Position numbers and translations under genes: made by a program. From Nitrososphaera sp. UBA210 (lineage in GTDB: Archaea; Thermoproteota; Nitrososphaeria; Nitrososphaerales; Nitrososphaeraceae), in assembly GCA_002494895.1 (NCBI GenBank), contig DADA01000014.1, forward strand, positions 9,375-73,374: a stretch of DNA of 64,000 bases, read 5' to 3'. The notes under the pieces are model-generated. The model was not told where the DNA came from, did not search any database, and saw only the letters and a list, made by a program, of their open reading frames with translations. This document shows, one piece after another, positions 1-7,611 of the stretch (positions are counted from its first letter, which is position 1; every line of letters starts with the position of its first letter).

Positions 1-2
1 TC

Positions 3-353
3 GTGGACCAAAAGCCGAGCACGGCCAACCTCATGAAGACCTACTTGCGCGTCGACGGGTTTGCCGTGGATCATACAGCCGACCCTTCAGAGGCCCTGAA
101 ATTTGCGAGCCAGGTAAAGTATGGCGTCGTGATAACTGACCTGGTGATGCGGGAAATGACGGGCATAGACCTATATCGTGAAATCAGGTCAAGCCACGAT
201 GGCCGGATCATCTTTATGTTTTTGCTCAGCGCCTCAAGCGAGGCGCTCCGGCTGATGGGCTACCTGGACAGAAAAGACGTGATAAAAAAAGAGCCACTTT
301 CAATCAACGAGCTCATACACAAGGTCAGGGCGGCCTTTACGAATAGTCGCTAA
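3..353 (+). CDS. Response regulator receiver-domain protein (probably 5'-truncated by window edge)
   Basis: Receiver fold motifs: VVITDLVMREMTGIDL (phosphoacceptor Asp), LSA, KEP. Confidence 0.8.
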   Translation: MDQKPSTANLMKTYLRVDGFAVDHTADPSEALKFASQVKYGVVITDLVMREMTGIDLYREIRSSHDGRIIFMFLLSASSEALRLMGYLDRKDVIKKEPLSINELIHKVRAAFTNSR

Positions 354-519
354 AGATGCTGTTCACATGCGACAGCAAGTCGTTGCGAAGCTGGACCACT
401 TTTGTCCGCTTTTCGCCGTCCAGTCCGGTCATCAGCAGCGCGTCGAGACCTTCAACCAGGTACTTTATGTTTGACAGCGTAAGCAAAACCTGCGCCTCCT
501 CCTGATTCTTGCTGGCCAT
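337..519 (-). CDS. Small hypothetical protein
   Basis: 60-aa ATG ORF with helical character; TATA-like TTAATAA about 25 nt upstream on the minus strand. Confidence 0.55.
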   Translation of the reverse strand: MASKNQEEAQVLLTLSNIKYLVEGLDALLMTGLDGEKRTKVVQLRNDLLSHVNSIFSDYS

Positions 520-647
520 TGTGCACTCTACTATTAGCAGAGGTCATTATTAACATCAATGGAGTATTCCGCCGCCATGTACAGGTTTCCAGACGCCCTT
601 GACCTTAAAAGCTGAAATACCGTTCAGCAATAGATCTCGCCATACGC

Positions 648-1595
648 ATGGCCCAAAGCCTTCCTGGCAGCCCAAGCGACTACCAGCGCCAGACCATCCT
701 CAACCTGTACAATTCCGGTATCTCTCCAGAGATAATTGCCCTCCAGATGGACATCAGCAAGGACGAGATCGACAAAGTCATACAAGGCGCGATGGATGAG
801 GAAAACGCCAGAACAGCCAGGCACGCTTCTGAATCGCCGTCGCTTGCTTCCTTTTACCTTGATGCAGTAGTCGACCTGGACAAGGCAGTCAAGATGGCGC
901 AGGAAAGGGTGTGGAAGGCACTCAAGGTCGGCTCGGAATTCGACCTGTCAACCGACGAGTCGCACGACATTCTTACCAAGCTGGCCAAGTCAAAGGTGAA
1001 CCTTGTGATACTCAACATCGACCTTGTGGGATCCACCAAAATGTCCATGACCCTGCCAGTCGACCGGCTTGCGACAATCGTCCAGGCGTTTACGCAGGAA
1101 ATGTCGCTAACAATAGCTGCCTACGGGGGCTATGTCCTGAAATACGTCGGCGACGCGATACTCGCGTTTTTTGTTGCCGAAGGCGAGCCTTACCTTCCAT
1201 GCGTCAACGCCGTCAACTGTGCCCGGTCGATGATAAGGATAATGAGGGACGGCATCAATCCGATCCTGAACCAGTCCGATTATCCCGAGATGAACGTCAG
1301 GGTGGGAATCGATCTCGGGGAAAACGTCGTGGTGCAGTACGGCTGGGAAAGCCACACCGTTGAGGGCAAGCAGCTGAGGTGGCCGCACTACGACATTCTG
1401 GGCTACACCATCAACGTCGCTTCAAAAATGACTTCGCTCGCCAAGACCGACCAGATAGTGATAGGCCAGATGGTCTACGACGGCCTGGACGAGCGGCAGC
1501 AGGCCACTTTTCAGCCCTTGCAAGTGAACCCAGAGATCTGGAGCTATGTGAGCGATTACACCGGCGGGATTTATCGTCTCTACGGCACGGCGTAA
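648..1595 (+). CDS. Class III adenylate/guanylate cyclase with N-terminal HTH-like domain
   Basis: NIDLVGST, LKYVGDAILAFF, VRVGID and YDILGYTINVASK motifs; Lys/Asp specificity residues suggest ATP. Confidence 0.9.
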   Translation: MAQSLPGSPSDYQRQTILNLYNSGISPEIIALQMDISKDEIDKVIQGAMDEENARTARHASESPSLASFYLDAVVDLDKAVKMAQERVWKALKVGSEFDLSTDESHDILTKLAKSKVNLVILNIDLVGSTKMSMTLPVDRLATIVQAFTQEMSLTIAAYGGYVLKYVGDAILAFFVAEGEPYLPCVNAVNCARSMIRIMRDGINPILNQSDYPEMNVRVGIDLGENVVVQYGWESHTVEGKQLRWPHYDILGYTINVASKMTSLAKTDQIVIGQMVYDGLDERQQATFQPLQVNPEIWSYVSDYTGGIYRLYGTA

Positions 1596-1634
1596 CAGCA
1601 ACTATATATTTGAAAAACTCGCGATTCGTATTGC

Positions 1635-2150
1635 ATGCGCGTAATAGAATACAAGGATTCTTTTGTAAAAATTGCAGGTCTTATCGGCGGAGAAGAGTAT
1701 GTGAAGGTGGCGCGCTCTTTATTGAACACCGAAGACGTGACAGACGAAGAGATTGCAAGCGCCACCGGACTTAAGATAAACATTGTCCGCAAAGTGCTCT
1801 ACGACATGTTTGGAAAGGCGCTGATAACCGGCATCAGGGTTAAGGATGAGAAGAAGGGGTGGTTCGTATATCGCTGGCGAGCCAAGCAGGACCAGGTCGA
1901 CAACTTTATCGAAAACCAAAAGAAAAAGATTCTGGACAGGCTTCACAAGCGCCTCGAATACGAAGAGTCCACAGAGTTCTACCACTGCGGTAACCACGAC
2001 TGCCAGCGCGTGAAGTTCGACGCTGCGGTAGAGCTGTTCTTCAAGTGCCCTAACTGCAAGGGCCCGCTGAATATGGTCGACAACACAAAGATCAAAGAGG
2101 CGGCGCGATACAAGATAGATCAGCTGACGACCGATATTTCAAAAAAATAG
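1635..2150 (+). CDS. tfe: Transcription factor E (TFE alpha)
   Basis: Winged helix (TDEEIA...VRKVLY...GWFVYRW) plus Zn ribbon CxxxxC...CPNC. Confidence 0.95.
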   Translation: MRVIEYKDSFVKIAGLIGGEEYVKVARSLLNTEDVTDEEIASATGLKINIVRKVLYDMFGKALITGIRVKDEKKGWFVYRWRAKQDQVDNFIENQKKKILDRLHKRLEYEESTEFYHCGNHDCQRVKFDAAVELFFKCPNCKGPLNMVDNTKIKEAARYKIDQLTTDISKK

Positions 2151-2313
2151 CAAGCAACATTCGACACCGGAAACACGCTCGTTGAAATAAACTGTTGACA
2201 CTGATGCTGATAGTTTTCTATTTCTTTTTCGCAATGATATCACCTAGAACCATGTACACTCAAAATGTGACAATCCGACAGGAACAGTTATTGCCTGCAA
2301 AAGCCGATGACTC

Positions 2314-2514
2314 TTGTTGAAAATGCTCGATTCCGACTTTTTGATTGTGGCGGCCATGCTGTCAGCTATCGCAGGGATTGGAGTATGGGAGGGATATGAA
2401 GTGCATCCGATTTTCTATTCTCAATCAGCGGTACTCTTTGGAAGCGTGGGCTATTTCGCATATCGAATCTTTTGGATGGAACCGAACAACCATCCCCGGA
2501 CAACCGAGAACTGA
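2314..2514 (+). CDS. Putative small membrane protein
   Basis: 66-aa ORF with two hydrophobic segments; overlaps the start of the transposase remnant. Confidence 0.35.
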   Translation: MLKMLDSDFLIVAAMLSAIAGIGVWEGYEVHPIFYSQSAVLFGSVGYFAYRIFWMEPNNHPRTTEN

Positions 2515-3053
2515 GCAGCACCCCGCAGCTATCAAGAGAGTGGCACGCCGATGAATTGTTTGTCAAAGTGCGTGGTGGAACGCACAAAAGTCTAGGATAT
2601 GGCATGGTATGGAACATTATGGACAGGGAAACGCGCTTTCTGATAGTATCCAAGCTAACCAAAGATAGAAGTGCAATCGATACAACCGCAGCATTTGAGG
2701 AAGCGTCTGTTAATGCTCATGGGATCAAGCCTGGTACTGTATTCACTGATTCGCTGCGACACTACAATATCGCGGTAAAGAGTACGTTCCCTGATGCCAA
2801 GCGTGTAGTAAATTGCGGAATTAGCAAGCGTGAAAATAACAATAGGATAGAGCGATTGAATGGTTCGCTGCGTGAACGTGTCAAAGTACAGCGCGGTTGG
2901 AAGAGTTCCAAGACCCCGTTAGCCGAAGGTAACAGGATACAGTACAATTTCGTGAAACCGCACATGGCGTTAGGTGGTAAGACTCCAGCCAACATAGCGG
3001 GGTTGGATGTCAAAGGTTGGAAGGCATTATTGGAGGCAGCGCTCAATCGCTAA
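2472..3053 (+). mobile_element. IS6/IS240-family DDE transposase, N-terminally truncated
   Basis: WHADE, FTDSL and NNRIERLN catalytic motifs; YNFVKPHMALGGKTPA C-terminus; DNA-binding N-terminus absent. Confidence 0.85.
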
Positions 3054-3702
3054 CGATGAAAGTAGTTTCTTTTTGTTCGCGGATTTGCCGTTGTCCTATC
3101 CCAAGGTGGTTGTACACTCGCATGTAAACAACATATTCTCCAGTCGGTGCGTCCTTCGGGATACGCCAATTCCAGATTCCTTCGTAATTAACATACCCAT
3201 TCAATTTTCCCGGCGTGTAGAAATTAACATCGGCGAGAGTGTTAGAGTCCCAACTCCACGTAGTACCAGAATCACCCGTCCATGTTGATGCCCCGAACTG
3301 TTTGCCTTTAGGTGGAAATAATTCGTTGTCGTAGAAACCATTAGTCAATTCTCCGCTGTAGTGAGTGCGGAAACGAACTTCCTCTGTACGCCTATATGAT
3401 TCTCTGCGATCCAAGATCTCAGCTTCAAACTTCTTACCCTTAATTCTGACTTGGATGGGTATCCGGTAGATTAACAGTGCAAACGTAAGTCCGATTATTG
3501 CCGTAAGTACGGCAATCGGTATCGACAGGTTTGGAGGAGATATCCCCAAAAAGAACGCTAACATAGCGTAGAAGACGGCTATCGAACCTATGAGTATCCC
3601 AAGCTTATCAAGGCGTGTTATGGGTTCTCTCCTCAGTCGCCGCTTCAGAATAATCGCGAATATAAGGGCGGCGCTGGGGATTAGCAGGAACTCCGCTACC
3701 AA
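3043..3702 (-). CDS. Hypothetical membrane protein (3 N-terminal TM segments plus soluble beta-rich domain)
   Basis: 219-aa ORF with hydrophobic N-terminal third; convergent with the transposase. Confidence 0.7.
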   Translation of the reverse strand: MVAEFLLIPSAALIFAIILKRRLRREPITRLDKLGILIGSIAVFYAMLAFFLGISPPNLSIPIAVLTAIIGLTFALLIYRIPIQVRIKGKKFEAEILDRRESYRRTEEVRFRTHYSGELTNGFYDNELFPPKGKQFGASTWTGDSGTTWSWDSNTLADVNFYTPGKLNGYVNYEGIWNWRIPKDAPTGEYVVYMRVYNHLGIGQRQIREQKETTFIVSD

Positions 3703-3823
3703 ATTGCCAACAACGGAAATTCAACAACCGAGAATAACAACGGAAGATTCAACACAACCACGTTTGTGGTAGCAACCCGACTTTTAGTAATCTATTAATA
3801 CGAACCTCGACAAGCTTTTCGCA

Positions 3824-4504
3824 TTGTCGCTCAATGATGCGATAACGGCCCTCAAGTCCGGCGATCTAGTCATGGTCTACGACGGCAAGGGCCGGGAAAA
3901 TGAGGTGGACTTGGTGGTCGCGGCAGAGCACACCAGGCCGGACCACGTCGCCATCATGCGAAAGGACGCCGGCGGCCTGATCTGCCTCGCGATATCCAAT
4001 GAAGTCGCGTCAAAGCTGGGGCTGGCATACATGCACGAAATGATCGCAAGCTTTGGCAATGTAAATCCGCTATTCCTGAAATTAACGGAGGGAACGGCCG
4101 GATATGGTGACAAGCCGTCATTCTCTATTTCCATCAACCATCGTGACACATATACGGGCATCACCGACAGCGACAGGGCTCTAACTATTTCGCGGATGGC
4201 CCGGATATGCCGTGATATCGACGCAGGCGGAGTCGAAGAATTCGCCAGCAGCTTTCGCGCGCCGGGACACGTCCCGATCCTGATAGCATCCAGGAGGCTG
4301 CTGCAGGACAGGATGGGCCACACCGAGCTGTGCATCTACCTTGCAAAGCTTGCAGACCTGACGCCGGCAATAGTGATGTGCGAGATGATGGATTCTGTAT
4401 CGCACCGTGCCCTCACTTTTGAAGCTGCAAAGGAGTACGCCGGCAGGCACGGAATTCCGCTCGTTGATGCAGGCGAGCTCAAAGCACACGCCAAGGTGGC
4501 CTAG
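3824..4504 (+). CDS. ribB: 3,4-dihydroxy-2-butanone-4-phosphate synthase
   Basis: GRENEVDL, GLICL, TGITDSDR, FRAPGHV, GHTE and CEMM motifs. Confidence 0.95.
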   Translation: MSLNDAITALKSGDLVMVYDGKGRENEVDLVVAAEHTRPDHVAIMRKDAGGLICLAISNEVASKLGLAYMHEMIASFGNVNPLFLKLTEGTAGYGDKPSFSISINHRDTYTGITDSDRALTISRMARICRDIDAGGVEEFASSFRAPGHVPILIASRRLLQDRMGHTELCIYLAKLADLTPAIVMCEMMDSVSHRALTFEAAKEYAGRHGIPLVDAGELKAHAKVA

Positions 4505-4511
4505 CTAGCGA

Positions 4512-4985
4512 TTGCCAGTCCGCCTCGCAATTGTGGTTTCCGAGTTTAACAGCGGGATCACTTTCCGGATGCTTGACAGGACAAGGCAGGATGCAGATAA
4601 GCTCCATGCGAAAATCAGCTACGTCGTGTACGTGCCGGGAGTCTTTGACATGCCGCTTGCAGTTGAAGAGTTATTGAAAAAGAAAAATGTGGACGCCATA
4701 GTCACACTTGGAGCAGTGATAAAGGGCGACACCCGGCACGACGACATTGTGGCGGAAAACGCGGCGCGGCTTTTGGCGGATCTCTCTTTAAAGCATGGCA
4801 AGCCAGTCGCCCTAGGCATCACCGGGCCGGGCATGAATTTGGATCAGGCGAAAGAGCGCGCCGAGCTGGTGCCCACCAGGGCGGTGAACGCGGCACTCAA
4901 CATGGTCGCAAGACTGAGAAAGCTACAAAAGCAAGCCAGCAGCGGGGGAACAGTGGTAATAAATGATTCAGCTGACAATAATTAG
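4512..4985 (+). CDS. ribH: 6,7-dimethyl-8-ribityllumazine synthase
   Basis: IVVSEFN, VPGVFDMP and LGAVIKGDTRHD motifs. Confidence 0.93.
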   Translation: MPVRLAIVVSEFNSGITFRMLDRTRQDADKLHAKISYVVYVPGVFDMPLAVEELLKKKNVDAIVTLGAVIKGDTRHDDIVAENAARLLADLSLKHGKPVALGITGPGMNLDQAKERAELVPTRAVNAALNMVARLRKLQKQASSGGTVVINDSADNN

Positions 4986-5712
4986 GATCGAAGGCTACGG
5001 CCCCTGGACGGTCACACTGGGAAGCGACAGGGAGGCCCAGCTGCAGATGCTGCAGGCAAAGATATACCATGACGTGCAGCATTTCTTTCACCAAAGGAAC
5101 TGCATCGTCTATTTCAACAGGTTTGACGAATATTTCGCAATAACCAACGGGCTTGATGCTAACGGCCATAGGGAGATACAGCAGCAGCTGGCGTCCGCAT
5201 ATCCCGACCTAAAGATGTCGATGGCTGTCGGCGCGGGAGATACTGCACTTCAGGCCAACCAGAACGCCTACGCCGCCAGAAAGGAGGAGAAGCTGATCGA
5301 CGGCAAGCCGGGGATTTTTGGCAGCGTGCACGAGGCAAATGTCGCGCAGATAATGCACATCGACGTTGACAGCTCGACAAAGGTCGGGGACACGCTTTCG
5401 CCCTACGAAGTGACGGCGCTTGTGATCAAGGTATACAGCAGGCTTGCGGACGAGTTCCTGAAGCGGGGCGCGCTTACCTTCTTTCTAGGAGGCGACAATT
5501 TTATGGTAATTTCAAACGGCGTGGCAAGAGAGCAGGCAGACGAGGTGATAAAAAAAGTGACAGCAGGAATTGACATCAGGCTCAACTGCGGCATAGGAAT
5601 CGGCAGCACTGGCCGAAAAGCCGCAGAGGCAGCCACCAAGGCACTTGACACTATTAGGGAATTGCGAAAGAAAGGAAAAATCCAGCCGATATACGAGATA
5701 CGATGCCCCTGA
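4963..5712 (+). CDS. gch3: GTP cyclohydrolase IIa/III (ArfA)
   Basis: YGPWTVTLGSDRE, RFD, HIDVD and FLGGDNFM motifs. Confidence 0.9.
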   Translation: MIQLTIIRIEGYGPWTVTLGSDREAQLQMLQAKIYHDVQHFFHQRNCIVYFNRFDEYFAITNGLDANGHREIQQQLASAYPDLKMSMAVGAGDTALQANQNAYAARKEEKLIDGKPGIFGSVHEANVAQIMHIDVDSSTKVGDTLSPYEVTALVIKVYSRLADEFLKRGALTFFLGGDNFMVISNGVAREQADEVIKKVTAGIDIRLNCGIGIGSTGRKAAEAATKALDTIRELRKKGKIQPIYEIRCP

Positions 5713-6893
5713 TCATCAACGACATCAGCCTGCTTTTGGGCCAAGAGCTCGAGTACGTAGAGCGGGGTTTTCTGGTAGTAGAGGATGGCAGGATCAAAAG
5801 GGCCGGGGCAGGGAGCTACAGGGGCGATTCCTTGGATGGAAAAGGATTCCTGGTGATTCCGGGATTCGTCAATGCCCATACTCATGTTGCAGACTCGATA
5901 GCCAAGGATATTGCGGCAGGCCAGAGGCTCGATAATAGAGTTCATCCTGTGTTTGGTGCAAAAAAGAAGATCCTGGAAAAAAGCAAACCCGATCACCTGA
6001 AAGCGTTCATCAGAAATTCCGCGGTGTCAATGATGAAAAAAGGCATCGTTGCCTTTGCAGATTTTCGAGAGGGAGGAGCAGACGGAGTCAGGCTGCTCAG
6101 AAACGCGGTCGCCGGCCTGCCAATAAAATGCGTCGCTCTTGGACGGACTGGCTACTACGGAGGGCCGGACGAAAAAGGCGATCTACCTGGCGATGTGCTG
6201 AAGGAAGCTGAAGATGTGCTAGCCATATCAGATGGTCTCGGAATAAGCGGCGCGAACGAAAACTCTGACCTGGCGCTTGCGCGGTACAGGACGCTGGCCG
6301 GCCCAAAATTACTTGCAATACACGCCGCAGAGTCAAGGGAGACAGTCGCGTTTTCAAAGAACCATACGGGCAGAAGCGAAGTGGAAAGGATAATGCAGTT
6401 CATGAAGCCTGACTTTATAGTGCACATGACTCATGCAACGGATGACGAAATTTCGCTTGCGGCAGAAAATAAAGTTGGAATAGTGGTCTGCCCAAGGGCA
6501 AATGGCGTGCTAGGAGCGGGCATCCCCAGAGTTGCCCAGATGGTCAGGCAGGGCTGCGTCGTTGCTATGGGAACGGACAACGTTATGCTCAACTCGCCGG
6601 ACATCACCAGAGAGATGGACTATATCTGGAAGGCATCCAGGGCTTTGGAGGGCGAGATGATTGATGCGCGGGAGATATTGAAAATGGCAACTGTGAATGC
6701 AGCAAGGATCCTGCGACTGAACTCGGGCTGCATTGAAGCGGGCCGCGCCGCAGACCTGATATTCATTGACAAGAGCCATGCTGACCTCTACCCGATGCAC
6801 GATCCCCATGCATCGATTGTGCACAGGCTGAGCGAGAGCTCGATAAGATCGGTTATGATTGACGGAAGGTTCGTCGGGGAGATCGTCAATTGA
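5703..6893 (+). CDS. Metal-dependent amidohydrolase (deaminase-like TIM barrel)
   Basis: PGFVNAHTH, IHAAE, VHMTH and GTDN motifs; overlaps both neighbours. Confidence 0.85.
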   Translation: MPLIINDISLLLGQELEYVERGFLVVEDGRIKRAGAGSYRGDSLDGKGFLVIPGFVNAHTHVADSIAKDIAAGQRLDNRVHPVFGAKKKILEKSKPDHLKAFIRNSAVSMMKKGIVAFADFREGGADGVRLLRNAVAGLPIKCVALGRTGYYGGPDEKGDLPGDVLKEAEDVLAISDGLGISGANENSDLALARYRTLAGPKLLAIHAAESRETVAFSKNHTGRSEVERIMQFMKPDFIVHMTHATDDEISLAAENKVGIVVCPRANGVLGAGIPRVAQMVRQGCVVAMGTDNVMLNSPDITREMDYIWKASRALEGEMIDAREILKMATVNAARILRLNSGCIEAGRAADLIFIDKSHADLYPMHDPHASIVHRLSESSIRSVMIDGRFVGEIVN

Positions 6894-7561
6894 AGGTCAC
6901 AATCAACGGAGCAATGACTGTTGACGGCAAGATCGCCACTGCCGGCGGCGATTCCAGAATTTCCTCAAAGAAGGATCTCGTGCGGGTCCACAAGTTGCGC
7001 GCTTCAGTCGACGCAATAGTCGTCGGAATATCGACCATCCTGGCTGACGATCCGCGGCTGACCGTCAGGCTTGCAAAGGGCAGGAACCCTGCACGAATCA
7101 TAGTGGACAGCAGGGGCAGGACTCCGCTAGAGTCACAGGTTCTGCAGACCGCCTCGACAATAAGGACCATGGTCGCCGTGACTGACCAGGCGCCGGCGGA
7201 AAAAATTGCGCAAATGCGAGATACAGGAGCTTCGGTTCTTGTGGTGAGCGAGGGAAAGGGCGAAAACGTTGCGGTGCCGCATGGCGTCGACCTCAGAGAG
7301 CTTTTCAGGGCACTTGAAAAAATGGGTCTTCAGAAAATACTCGTCGAAGGCGGAGGCGAACTGAACTGGTCGCTCCTCCGGCTGGGGATGGTTGACGAAC
7401 TGATAGTTACGGTCGCGCCAAAAATCGCCGGAGGCCGGCTCGCTACTACGCTTGTGGAAGGCGATGGCTTTGATCAGATAAGCCGGGGAATACAGCTGAA
7501 ACTCGGTAGATTAGAGCGCAAGAAAACCGGCGAGCTCGTGCTGCACTACAGGCCCAGATAG
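6890..7561 (+). CDS. arfC: 2,5-diamino-6-(ribosylamino)-4(3H)-pyrimidinone 5'-phosphate reductase (RibD C-terminal/ArfC type)
   Basis: AMTVDGKIA, VGISTILADDPRLTVR and ILVEGGG; no deaminase domain. Confidence 0.9.
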   Translation: MKVTINGAMTVDGKIATAGGDSRISSKKDLVRVHKLRASVDAIVVGISTILADDPRLTVRLAKGRNPARIIVDSRGRTPLESQVLQTASTIRTMVAVTDQAPAEKIAQMRDTGASVLVVSEGKGENVAVPHGVDLRELFRALEKMGLQKILVEGGGELNWSLLRLGMVDELIVTVAPKIAGGRLATTLVEGDGFDQISRGIQLKLGRLERKKTGELVLHYRPR

Positions 7562-7611
7562 ACCCCGCAGCACTTTTTAACCAGATCGCTCATAATGCAA
7601 ACCTACAAAAG

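Noticed and set aside
2191..2203. ACTGTTGACACTG as a possible IS terminal repeat
   Set aside because: I found no matching inverted partner or target-site duplication at the other side of the island
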